Part shown: positions 1 through 12,500 of the stretch, piece by piece
Position numbering within the stretch: the first letter of the stretch is position 1
Layout: every line of letters starts with the position of its first letter
Assembly: GCA_905178155.1 (NCBI GenBank)
Contig: CAJINV010000006.1
Location: 4,579,795 to 4,643,794, forward strand
Source: Amoebophrya sp. A120
Taxonomy: Eukaryota > Protista > Dinoflagellata
Length of the DNA: 64,000 nt
Direction: 5' to 3'
The notes under the pieces: generated by a model
Told to the model about the DNA's origin: nothing
The model's database searches: none
Seen by the model: only the letters and a program-made list of their open reading frames with translations
Position numbers and translations under genes: made by a program

Positions 1-59
1 TGCGGAGCTTCGCCAAGATCGGTCGCGTCGCACGCTATTGAAGAAAACCGCGCGGGGCT

Positions 60-480
60 GTGTGCATACCATTCAGGAGGGGGGCTCGTTGTGGCCATTC
101 ATTCATTCCGGAGGGGCTGCGTGCATGCCATTCATTCAAAAAGCAAGGAGGGGGGTTCGTTGTGATGGAAAAAAAGGCGGAACAAAGCCAAATGGCTGGG
201 CTCGCTTTTCGCGTTTCGCATTTCGGGGGCGGCTTTCGCTTCTCTTTATCTCTTCTGCTAATTATTTCCCCGGTCGCTTTCTTCGCGTTTCGCGCTTCGC
301 TTTTCGTGGGTCGCTTCCGCTTTTTCTCTGCTTACTATATTCATTGTCTTGGGGCTCTTTTTGTTTTTCGTGTTTCGCATTTCGGCATCCGCCTCCCCCT
401 TCTCTTTGCTTACTATATGAGTTCTGTTATGGGTCGGCTTTGTATTTTTTTCGCTTTTCGCGTTTCGCAATTCAAGCAAG
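60..480. repeat. Degenerate tandem repeats (GGGGCT..GTGCATNCCATTCA at 60-165; four ~80-85-bp units with core TTTCGCGTTTCGCA at ~205, 281, 365, 450)
   Basis: Motifs read directly from the sequence; the overlapping ORFs are translations of the repeat. Confidence 0.6.
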
Positions 481-1260
481 GAAGCCAACTTCCTCCACAC
501 TTTACACAACACACACACACACACCCAAGACGCCTCTCATGCTATCCCTTTCTTCTATTTTCTGTGTTCCGAAGGGATCCACCTACTAACCAGATCACGA
601 TGGGAATCCAAGTCGTTGCACTTGTTCCAGGTGAAAAAATGGTAGGTGTTTCGCTTGGAATGCTGCTTATTTGGGCTCGTGCCAACAACAACTGCCCCCT
701 CTGGTCCCAAACATCGGCCAGCTGCAACAATCTTATACTTTACTTCGGTGAAAATACATTCGCGCAACGCGCTCAGCCACTTGCTTTCACTTCGTCGTAC
801 AAGCTGCAATCGTCCCAATCGTCCGACAATTCTAATTCATCATCGCTTTCGTTTCATATCGTTAACTAGGAAGCTTTTTGCTTTCGTTCCTGACCTTGTT
901 GAAAACTGCTGGGTGTCACAGCAGTTCTTGCAGTCGTCCCGTGGAGGTTTTCTTGTTCACTTTTGGTGCGCGTCCGCGTTGTGTGTTGTCAGGTCTTGTT
1001 GCTGGTCTACTCGTGCACGACTCGTAGTAGAACAACTTGAGCTTATAATTTTTCGTGCAGGGGAACCGGTTGAAGGATAATCCTAGGTGGCTCTTTCGGT
1101 GTGTATTTTTGAATTAAAAAAACTGTCCACCACGTCCAGTTTCTCGCAGGACCATTATTTCGAGAAAGCGTATTAGACCTCAGGAGCAGAGCTGCGCACT
1201 GTTGTTCTTCATCTTCTGTGAAAGCGATATAATTTCTTCGACCAAGAAGAAGAACCAAAA

Positions 1261-1673
1261 ATGAAGACAGCGATTGCCGCGTCGCTTGTTACCGAGGCCG
1301 GCGCGATCAACCCCCCCCCCCAGCCCGGGGTTTCTCGACGAGGCCTGGCCCCGTGCAGATGGCATTCATGCAGAACAAGGTCGTGACGGAGGATAAGAAG
1401 GCGCAGGTGGGGTCGAAGGGGAAAGCTTCCACGCTGGCCATGGTCGTGCAGCAGGACAAGGCGAAAAGCAAAAAGCAGCAGGCTAAAGCCGCGGCTTCGA
1501 CGAAGGCGACGCAAGGGAAAAAGGTACTTTTATTTGTTCAACTCCTCGTCCGCGTCTCTCTGTCTGTCGTGTGAAAGAGTGGGTCCTGGACCCCCTCCTG
1601 TCCCGCACTAATTTCATATTTCTGTCCTGTTCAGATTGCGAGTAGATATAATTTTGCGCCAGCACTTTCGTGA
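1261..1673 (+). CDS. Possible short Lys/Ala-rich protein (needs a frameshift in the C11 run 1311-1321 and a GT-AG intron 1524-1634)
   Basis: ATG at 1261 (MKTAIAASLV), coding-like ORF 1353-1523, GTAC donor and pyrimidine-rich TTCAG acceptor; no homology recognised. Confidence 0.25.
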
Positions 1674-2727
1674 TGTTAATGTTAATGTAAACCAGGTCCA
1701 GGACCTCCAGGACGCGGCATGTACAACTGATCTGTCGTGGGGTAAGTACTTCAAACAACTATATTCGACGGCGGACTGCTGCCACGGTCAGCTCTACTGT
1801 ACACCAAGTGTCTTTGGGGTGTCGGGCAGACCGGGGAGCGAGCAACAACACTACACATGTGTACGTCAATACGACGCGCCCCTCACAACGGTATGTGACG
1901 GAGCGGGTCATTTTCCAGTCCGTTCGGGCGGACGAATTGTGTCTCCGTCGGTGGACCGGCTGGGTTCCACGGCCTCCAGCGCCCCCCATCTTCATGTTGA
2001 TTATGCGGAGAATAGACCGCGGCGGCCCTGTTGTGAGTGTAGCTGTGTTTAAACTTAAAGTTGTTCTTGCAACTAGAGGAGCTGCAGCTCCGTGTCATTG
2101 TCGTCCTCGTTCATGGTGTCATATCCAAACTCGTTCCTCCTGTCCTCGTCCTATTTCTTGCTGTCGTTGTCGTTCGATGTTGATCTTCTTCGTTCACACC
2201 GAGCGCGGGCACAAAAGATACCTTGACAAGAACTTCACCCAGCGTCAGTGTTGCGTTTAATTTCCGTTCAAACTGTAAGTGGTGTGGTGTCGCAATAAAA
2301 GTTGAACAACCTCAACCTCGTCCTCCCTAGCAACGTGGGGATCGATGCAAGTTAATTTGTCCAGAATGCGTCTATATGAAAGTGTTTTCTTTGAATTTCG
2401 ACAGAGAAGCGCTTATATCTACCCGAAGATGAATCAGAACAAAGTAGATAAATGTATCACGTTGCCCCCATGTTGCACATTCTCTTTCACCCCCCCCCCC
2501 CCGATTCTTGCCTCATCGTTTGACGCATTTTTCCTATGTAGTCCCACAAATGTCGACGATGGTGCAGCAGATATGTAGGAGAAGGATGCAAAAATCATGT
2601 AAAGGCCTTTCCCATGTTAATCATGAAGGGACTTTCCTCGTGAGGACTTTTTCCGAAGGGCTCTACGCAGTACCTCCCTGCTGCTGTTTCCAGTGCTGCG
2701 CGTAAAAATCTGCAGCCCTCGACCACG

Positions 2728-5700
2728 ATGGGGAGTTCGTCGTGGTCTGCTTTCCTGTGGCTGAACGTGGTATCACGCTTCTCACAACCTGGTTTCAACA
2801 GCTCCGTTTCTGCCTTGCGAACAACCGGTGGACCACGAGCAGGTGCTGCAGCTCCAGAACAACATCTTCACGTCGGATCAATAGCGCATTCTGGTGGAGA
2901 TGAAAAGTCGGATGTTGATCAAGGTAGGGCAGGAGATGAGGTACTGCTTGGTACTAGCACGAGCACTACCAGGCCAAGGAGGAACACAGAAGATGGAGAT
3001 GCAGCAGTCTCAGAAATTGTACCTGGGGTTGAAGATGTCAGGGGCGTAATCAGCAATAGGTCGTTCTTGAAGAAGCGGAAAATTATAACAGCCAGCGACG
3101 AGGAACAAGGACGTAGACACTCTCCTGATAGACGGGTAGAAGTTCCTGCGGATGAAGATATCACTGGAGCAGGGCAAGCTTTTATCGAGAAAACTGCTAC
3201 AGAACGCAAAGATCATGCTAATCAGAATCAACAAGAACAACCGGAAGTAGATGAAAACTTTTCCACGTCGCGGTCGCGCCCGTTGCTGACAAGAAGGAGA
3301 ACCAGTACTACAACTACTTCGAACAATAGATCTGTACCACCTGCTTCACGAAATAGAAACCTGGCGGCTTCGGATTCAACAAAACTTTCTTTCCTCTCAA
3401 GAACAACCTCAAGAACATCGAAGCGGACGATAAGGAGTGGGGTAGCTCGTGTCACAAGCAGAAGCACAACCGAAGAACAACGACAAGAAAAGAGAAAACA
3501 AATAGTCCGACTAGAGAACACGAGCAATGCTGCTAAATCCGATCTCCCACAAGAACTTCCTCCGTGGCAGTGCAAGACCTTTGGCAGCCCGATTACGGAT
3601 CCCTGGAACGCTATGGAAGCGTCAGGATTGAAATCGTCAAAGTTGAAATAATTTCTGATGCATAAATTGCAATGCATGGAGTGCCTCTCTTGCAGGGGCG
3701 GCAAGTGAGGCCGACTCTTAGCCTGTTTGGGGTCTGCGATAGAGCTGCTAAAGTGGCCTGACAAAAGACGCCTTTGCTCCCTAAACAGCATGACAGACTG
3801 GATTTGGACGGTGCCGAAATTTGTTATGCACCGCTTAGAAATTGGGCTTGCAACTGGTATCGGTTTTATGCATGACAAACCATTTTAGCTTTGTCGCTTT
3901 CAAATCTGACACACCCATAAACGCCCCAGAATTGCAGGAGTGCCGAGATAACACCTTCGGCCCGACGGTGGTTTACACCGATGGGAGAAACACGGGAAAA
4001 ACTGGGTGCAACCAAGACGTGAACGGGGGTCAAGGAAACTGTAAATGTATCCAGGAAAAAAAATGTGTAAGTGTAACTTTGTAGGAGGAGCAGCATTACA
4101 AATTCGTTTTGCATATACAGGGAAATAATTATAAACCTGTCATGCGCAGCTAGTACAACGTGGAAACACCACGTATGAAAGTAGCCTATGACGCAGATCC
4201 AGCATGACAAGTGAAAGTGTAACAGTTTTGCACTTTCTGCATTACAGAGTTCCACTTACACAGTTTTTTTCTTGCATAAAATGCTGCGAACTGTCGGATT
4301 ACGGCAAGAGGGAGCAAATTTTGTTCAAATGTGCCGCCACACCGGTCTGCTTTGACGTCTCGGAGCAAAAAGTCCCCCACGATACTGCCAAGAAAGAATT
4401 GGACAACAATTTCCAGGAATCTATAATTCGGTTTTTGAACGAATTCAAGTTTCAAATCGGGGACATTTTGTTCACGGGCGGGGGCGAAGATAATAACAAC
4501 AAACTCGCGCCGGGTTGTTCGCAGGTAAACTCGGATGGAAAATGGGAAGAAAATTTCAATTGCCAGTGTTGCGAGTTAACGTTTGTGGGAGACAACGCCG
4601 GAAAAGGGAATGGGAGCAATAGAGGTTCCTCGACATCATCCGGTGGCACGACTCAAGATTCCCAACCACTGTCCCGAAGCACGGAAGCACCGCCTTTCGA
4701 GGTCTCTTCGTCCTCGAGCGAGGCTCCGCTGCCGTCGTCTGTAGAGGCTAGTAGTGGGGAAGGACAAACTGGCACAGCTACTCGTCCCGGAGACAGTGAC
4801 GCCAGCACCTCTCTGGAGCAAGCATCTGCAGACGATGGAACAATGACGATAGCGGAGCTCTGGACACGTGCAACCACGGACTACCTTCCGTTTTGCATCG
4901 CCGGGGCGATCTTTCTCGCGTGCTTCCTCCTCGCTTGTGTGTTGATGTGTGTCTTCTGCAAAGACGATGCTGAAAACCTCCTGGATTCGTCCTCGTCTGC
5001 CGGAGCCGGCGGGGCCGGAACAAACAAACGCGGAAAGAAAACAATTACATCAAAGAAGAACTCTAAGTGGATGACAATCTTCGACCCGGCCTCTGGCAAG
5101 CAGTACAAGGTTCCTTCAGACCAGCCGCTCCCCACGGGCGCAGTGGTGATCAGCAGAGAAGGGTCTATTCCGGGGGCACAGATGGCAGAGCAGGATGTTA
5201 GTACTTCTGAGGAAAGCAGCGCGGCGTCTTCCGCGGGTACTAGCAGGAAGAAACTAAAGGCGACTTCTTCCAGGACCGCGAACAAACAGAGTCAGAAGGG
5301 TCCGCCGGTTTCCAGTCCCAGTTTAATGTTCAACAACGCGGGAGGACAAGAAAGAACACTAAAGGGCGGGTATGGTAGTGGTCCCGGTCCTCGTGGTGCG
5401 CCTTCCCCTCCGACTACCGTTCGAGACATGCGCGGGACAATGAATATGAAACAAAGTACGTCAACCGTGATTCTTCCCGGAACTAGTACAACCCCAAGTG
5501 CTGGTACAACTACGAAAAGCAGCGCGAAAGGAGCCGGTGGCTCTTCTGTCCGGGGTGTTTCCGCAACTACCTCCTCTCCACCGCCGGGTATCGATCTGGG
5601 TAACCTCAGCAAGAAGGTACTGAGCATGATGACGACACCAACTAGTAGTGCGCAACCGTCGAAAAAGAGCAGAGTCGCCGGCTCAACTACTTCACAGCAA

Positions 5701-7443
5701 AAAGCGTCGAAGCAGGGGAAATCAAATGCAAGCCTTTCGTCGCAGATGAAAAGTACAAAGTCGACAACTGGTGCACAAGAGGTAGTTGCTGGCCCAGAAG
5801 TGGACAGCAGCGATAAAGAGGCATTTGTCACACCGTCGATGAGAAAGAGCATGACGGGGGCGCTGAGATCTGGAATGGTGCAACAACCGGATGTTGAATC
5901 AGGCCTGGTGACCTCCAAACAGCGGTCCAGTGTAGTTTCCAGTGGTCCTCGAGTCTCATCTTCCGAGGGTAGAAGTTCGGCCAGGAACATCAAGGTTGCA
6001 AAAAAGAAGAAAACAACCGAGCAGCAGCCGTCCTTGCAAAAAGGCATTTTGACCGGGATGTTTCAGAGTCTTGAGACGGCCTATGCATTGCAAAAATGTC
6101 TGGGTCTGGAAGAGTGGAACTTGTAATGCTAAGTCTGGATCGTGCAAAAATCTGTGTTGCATGAATGCCAAAAGTTGTCCTCTTTTGACCAAGTTGGGAG
6201 GAGGTTTCTCATGCAGGATAGGCACGATAGAAGTCTCACAGAATCTGTCATGCTAGGGCCTGCATTCCAAACGACATGAATCATGGAAAATCTGCATGAC
6301 AAATCTCGCAATCTCCCAGACCCAGACATTTTTGCATTTGATACGGCCCGGGAGAAAGCAAAAAGGGAGGAGAAAAAACAGAAGAAACAGAGTAAGGATT
6401 ATGTTGATAAAGGAGACCAAGGCGTATCTGTATCAGCGTACGCAGCCTCTGCGCTACCACTGGACTTAAGTGCAGCAGCTGCTCAAGCCCAAGCGGTAGA
6501 TGAAGAGCCATCCTCGATGTTAAAGTCAGGCCTTTCTAGCACATTGGAAAAGAGCAAGAAGAGTACAGTTTCAAAGGAAGTAGAAGCACGGAACAAAATG
6601 AAATCCCAAGCAGGAGGAGGATTTGAAACGATAATTTCCCAGACAGGGGAAATCGAAAGGATAAAGCCAACTGCCTCTGCCAAGGGTGTTGTTGACAACA
6701 TCGGTACTGGTTCAACTGTCGCGGTTACATCCGGCAGGGTGTCCGCTTCTAAGGCGATGTTTGAAAAACTTTCGGGAGACAAACCGGCGGCGAAAGTCCT
6801 GGTAAAAACTTCAAGCAGGAATAAGGAGATGCAGGAACAAAGGGACGACGACGGCGCTCTTGTCAGTGCTGGTGGAATTATGAATAGAACCAAGCAGAAG
6901 TCAAAGTCTTCTTCTGACGAGGGCGAAGAGAATATCGAGAGAGATGACATCATCAAACCTCCTCCAGCACCAGCGGTGAGCCAGCCCTCCGGATTTCCTC
7001 GGGCCAGCCTTGTCGCGGCGGCACTGGCGGCGCAGAAGGAGAGGGAGCAGGTTGCTGGGGGCGGAGATCTAATTGAAGGGACTACTGCTGGTGGTGACGT
7101 CGACATAACTCTAACAAGAGCAAGCCAGCAGGTGCAAGAAGGATCCTTCGGGCCGATGAAATCCTCCGGTATGCATTGCAAAAGTATCGTGCTCGTACTA
7201 ATTATTGCACACGTGCATGACTACAAATCTTCTCCCTACGGTAAAACAGCATTACAAATTCCGCTTTTCTTCTCCTTGACAAAATTTGTGATGCAATTTT
7301 TACTATATACGAGAGTACTTTTGTAGTGCATATCCGGCGGAGAAGTTCAATCCGGCGAACCGGTGGAAGAGGATGATAATACCCCAACGAGAAGAGCGCC
7401 GTCCATTGTAGTGACCGGCAACCAGCCGGTGAGTTTCGGGTGA
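2728..7443 (+). CDS. Gene 1: ~1,243-aa hypothetical single-pass membrane protein (Cys-rich segment, TM LPFCIAGAIFLACFLLACVLMCVFC, low-complexity S/T/K tail). Exons 2728-3611, 3925-4047, 4284-6081, 6349-7169, 7338-7443
   Basis: Removing 4 introners plus one TSD each joins ORFs 2728, 3842, 4204 and 6283 in frame; total 3732 nt, divisible by 3. Confidence 0.8.
3612..3919. mobile_element. Introner family C (TIR TATGGAAGCGTCAGG...)
   Basis: TSD AACGC/AACGC; frame restored on removal. Confidence 0.9.
4048..4278. mobile_element. Introner family E (TATCCAGGAAAAAA...TTTTTTCTTGCATA)
   Basis: TSD AAATG/AAATG; frame restored. Confidence 0.9.
6082..6343. mobile_element. Introner family A (TIR ...TGCAAAAATGTCTGGGTCTGGA), reverse orientation
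   Basis: TSD CGGCC/CGGCC; frame restored. Confidence 0.92.
7170..7332. mobile_element. Introner family B (TIR ...TGCAAAAGTATCGTACTCGTA)
   Basis: TSD TCCGG/TCCGG; frame restored. Confidence 0.9.
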
Positions 7444-8122
7444 TGGAGTCATCAACATCTAGCCGTGGTCGTGTTGGGCATGATTTTCATTTTTGTCATC
7501 TTCTACGATAACACGCACGGTAAATTTTGATTTTCGCCTTCTGCTTGAATATATTTCTGCTCATAGATCAGAGTCACACGTTAGCACAAAAATCTTTGTA
7601 TACCCGCATGATTCATGAAAAAAATACCCCACAAGATCCCCATTGAGATTGACTTTGATGAGTTTAGTACTTTTAGTACTCGACTTCCACCCTAATTCGT
7701 AATTATTTGCTCAAAGAGAATACTCACCGATGTCTGCTGCTTTGCAACAGGATACGCGGAAACAATTTCGGTATGATCACAGCATCTTTTTCGGATTGCT
7801 TGTGTAGTTTCGGTCACATGTCACAGTGAGAGTTTTCTCGTTTTCTTGCATCGGTCTGTGGTGCTCGTGCAAGAAAAGCTTCGTCGGTGAGAAAAAAACA
7901 ATTCGTAATATATTAGTGAACATACAAAGAAGAACGCCGAAGTCGGTTCGTGCACCATGTGATGCCATAGAGAAACATCGGAAACTAGAACTACAAAAGA
8001 AGCATTGTCGTCCTTATTTCTGGTGTGCGGCCAAGGCCATCGACGTCCACTATTGTCTTTGTCGTTTTCACGTACACGTACTCGTGGTCTTCTTGTACGA
8101 GTAGTTGCTATCGTTGACGTGA

Positions 8123-9321
8123 AGTAGGCAGCGTCTCCTCGTCCTCAAGCACACGTCTCTTTTTAATTTTTTTTTTTTTCTCGCCGCCGCGCAGCCTCCC
8201 TTTTTGCCCCTGCGGGGCTCTAAAGTGGTAAAACTCTGGGAGAGGAAGCTAGTGCACAAGGTGCGAAAACTATGAGGCCCCGCCACAACATTGCGCCCCT
8301 TCAAGCCCTGAAATGGCTGCCCAATCCCTGTCCGGGCTCAAGGGCCATGATGGCTGTAAGCCGGTGGGCCAGGGCCCCGGCACTGCTGACAAGACCCGCC
8401 CACCAACGCGTCGCAACGATCGACACCGGAGATGGGCCTGTTTTAGTGAGGGAAAATGGACCATAGCATGCTGTCTAGATATGATGTTGACGGTTTTTTG
8501 GGGAATTGGAAAAATCCGAGGAAAAAATCAATGATTTGACGCCATCTCGAGGCCAAAATATGCAGATCCCACAAAAACCGTCAACACCTCATCTAGACAC
8601 CTCGCTATGGTCCATTTCCCTCCACTCAAACCGGTGCGGGCACGGGAGCGCACCTTTTGAGCAGGCAAATCGAGCATAGCGTGCTGGCTAGATGAGGCGT
8701 TGACGGTTTTTTGGTCGATTTCATGCAAAAAAGCAGGCTTCTGGAAGACCCGATCGACCATACCGTCGTGTCTAGATGAGGTGTTGACGGTTTTTGGGGT
8801 GCCGGCAAATTTTGGGCATTTTGGTACCCAAAATTTGCCCATTTCCCTCATCCTCGAAAGTGCCGCTTTTTCTTCAGTTATGGAGAAAATTTGACAAAAG
8901 GCGCCAAAAGGTCCGAGATGGAAACTTGCAAAGCCGCACAGAGCTAAACTGGCGGAAACGCCATCTAGATGCCAGCTCATAGGCCCACATGTCCGAGGTT
9001 TAGCCACGGTTCGAGGTTTGAGCGTTCTGGCCCGGATCTAAGAGCCGGCGGCGAGGAGAAGGCACGGCAGGGGGCGGCCCCGGTAGCCGAAGTCCTACGC
9101 CGTCATATTTTGTGCAGCACTAGCTAGGTCAAACCAAGCAAGCTTCGTCGCAGTCCCGCGAGAACTAATAGCGGGAATGGGTCGACTTACAAACCAAAAA
9201 CATACCTCCAGCATACACCCAAAATTTTTTCTTTCCAAAAAACTTAAAACCGTAACGTCAACACGACTTTTTCTTTCGATAGTAGGCAGCGTCTCCTCGT
9301 CCTCAAGCACACGTCTCTTTT
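8123..9321. mobile_element. ~1.1-kb non-coding element (8164-9280) flanked by a perfect 41-bp direct repeat (8123-8163 and 9281-9321); right end resembles a family-E TIR
   Basis: AGTAGGCAGCGTCTCCTCGTCCTCAAGCACACGTCTCTTTT occurs twice; internal ~45-bp repeats in both orientations; homologous (inverted) to 40422-41690. Confidence 0.8.
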
Positions 9322-9557
9322 GTGCAATATCATTCCAAAGACCTATATCGATCCTTGAAAAAACTAAAACAGCGCCTCAATTAAACAAACCCACACGGTT
9401 TCTTGTATATTCCCAGGAGATCATAGTTCTTTCACGACGTGTACATTGATTATTTCACAGCCAAGCGGATTATGAATATTCAAATTTCAGATTACACTTC
9501 GTCCTTAAGTAGACCTTTTGACACGGCGTAGCGGCACAGTTCTGCCTAAAGCCATCG

Positions 9558-12500
9558 ATGAGGAAAGCCCCGGTGCCCTCCGGCGGCAGCGGTGGGGATC
9601 CTGCCCGGAGTAAGCAAGCCCCGCCCTCAACCAACCGTTTCTCCGCCTCTTCGCGCCGTTTCAAGGCCGCAGCGAAAACGGCTTCCCTCGCCCGGTCTAA
9701 CACTAGTCGCGATATTGACCTGACCAACACCGGCCACGCGGTGGGCCGGAGTACTTTAGTAGGTTTTGAGGCGAAACTTCTACCCCCAGCGGGCACTTTC
9801 ACTGGAGGAGAGGCAATCAGTGACAGCGAGGAGAGTAACGTGCTGCCGGGTGTTGGTAAAGGAGAAACGAGGCAGAAAACGAATAAAACGCTACTTCTGC
9901 CACATCGGGAAATGAACCGACACTCCCCGAGAAATGTAGGTGTTTCGGACAACGAGAGCGGAGGTTCTGACAATAGATCTGCGGGGATCGGCAGTCCACG
10001 GGGAGTTTTGAACAAATCAGACACGGAGCCACTACAGAGTGGTGTTCCAGTCGTGATCACGAGGAAAGCTGCGGGCCGACAGCCTGGTGGTTATCCTCCT
10101 GCTACCGCCGCCGCGAAAGAAGATCGAGCTGTGAGCTCGTCTGAATCCAGTGCGGCCCCCGCCGCGCCAGGAAGCGGAAATACACCGCGGAGAGGTGGAC
10201 CTGCGTCGCAGCAACAGCAACCGCAAATGGGGATCCCAAAAATCCGGATAGAAGACACTTCGGTGGTCAACAAGAGCACTTATAAGCAAGGAGCGGCTGC
10301 GGCCCCTACTGCTGCTACAACTAGCAGCGCAGAAGTTCCTAGCAAAGCATCAACGACTTCTACTCCCAGAGGAGGTGTGCTAGGTACAACTACGAATACG
10401 AACAAGCCTAAACCCGGTACCAGTACTGGTCCCCCACAGCGCCTGCAAACCGCGGACGCCTTTTCGGGTAAAGCCGCCGCGGCTTTGGTGGGGAAAAAAG
10501 ACAAAAGTCCGGCGGATCGAAGGAAAGCGGCGGCGGGAGGTGGGACAAGTAGTGGTAGTTCTACTTTGACGGTTCCAAAAGCGCAACAACCGAAGCCGGC
10601 GGCGATAGTGAAACGGGCAGATACAGATTCGAAAGCATCAGGTTCTGGTTCGAAAACAACTTTGCCTGTAAATAAGAGTGGCGCGACAGCACAAAAAGAA
10701 ACCAAAAATAGTAGCCTGCTTCCACCGGCGAAGGCACAGGCTGGCGTGCCGAATAAAACGAGTGCCTCGGCCGGCGGGCCTGTTGCTGCTCCAAAAATGA
10801 CCACAGTCGAGTCTCCTTCTAACGCAACCGCGACTTCAAAATCCCCGGTCGCTGCCGCCGCGAATTTGCCGGCTTCAAGGACCAGAGCAATTTCGCGTGA
10901 AGCGAGAGCTGCAGCTTCATCCCCATCTGCGTCGAAGGAGGCGACGGTTGCCCCACCTGCATCTTCATCACAGATGGTCCCAGAAGATAGTGCAGGTGAT
11001 GTTGTTGAAAATGAGGCTCCTGCACAACAAGACGAGGATCCCGCTCCAGTCGTCACCCTGGACCAACAGTCCTATGCCGCTGCCATGGGTGACGCAGAGG
11101 AGCCGTACTTTGTGCCCATGATGTCCTCGGAGAAACCAGATCTGGTCGAAAAGGGAAAGTTTTTGGTTCTATCCGGCAGAACTATCGTGAACCACATGGG
11201 AGTATCAAATGCAAAAATGTCTGGGTCTGGAAGATTCTGAGATTTGTCATGCATGTTTTGCATGACCCAGGATGTCTGTAATGCACGGCCGCGCATCACA
11301 GATTTTGAGAGGGCTTCCTGATGCCTACTCCGCATGGCAAACGCCCTCCCCGCGTGGCACAAACTAGACTCCTCTTGCTGGTCATGCAATACAGATTTTT
11401 CTAGAGTCCAAAGTTAGCATCACAAGAAGTTTCAATCTTCCAGACCCAGACATTTTTACATTTGATAGGGAGACGTTTTCGACATGCAGCACCACTTCGA
11501 CAGAGACGACTTTCTATATGAGAGTGCACAACTCCCCCTCTCCCTCATTTGTCATGCAAAATTTCAAATCCACCCTTTGCCTGTTAGCACTGTTTCTTGC
11601 ATGACAGATTCCGGAATCCAAAACAGCACTACAGTCCTCTAGGAATTTGCCATGCAAAAGCTGCATCTTTGCCAGCGCTTGTGTTGCTGTTCATGCAACA
11701 CAAATGAGGGGGAGCAGGGGGAGTTCACTCTCATACTTTGCTCGAAAAAGTGAAGAACCAGGAGCGGGCGAGGCAAGCGAAAAAGGAGTTGAAGGATTTG
11801 CAGAAGCAACTTTTAGTCGCGACCACACGCGAGGGGGAGGACGGCCAGTCGAAAATTGTCTTTATCGCGAACAACGTGAACGCCGAGCAGATCCAGTCGG
11901 ATGAATCCGTGGAACCGGTGTTGGAAGTGGATGTGGTGGGGAAAAATTACACCAGAGAACCGTTTTACTCCAATTCCAAATCGAGTACCGGTCAGGGCGG
12001 CGGGGGCTCGAAGGGGTCGGTGAGATCGGGTGATTTCGGGATGATGAACCACACGAGAGGGGGATATCAAGATGCGGGACTTACTGCTTCTGAAGACGCA
12101 ACAGCAACAGCAGCAGCTCCGCAACAGAAATCCTATCTCCCCGCCCACCTAACGGCGAAGCAGGAGGTGCAGAATCTTTTCCGGAATAACAAGGAATCGA
12201 AGAAAGAGCAGGAAATATTGAAGCACCATAGAGAACAAGATAAAATGGCTCTACAAACAAGCAACCTGCTCAACTATCCCTCGGATTACGCGGATTCTGA
12301 TGAATCCGAGTCTAACGTCCCGCACCACTTCCTCATTGACGACCGTCTTGCGGTCCAGGAACAACGGAATTCCATTCCGGGCCCGATCGGCTGGCAGAAG
12401 AAAAAATCGATAGTCGACGCCGGGAAATTATCGCGAGTGGAATTAGCACAGAGGATCGCGACGGGCAGTTTCGAGACAAATTTGGACACCAGTGCGTTAT

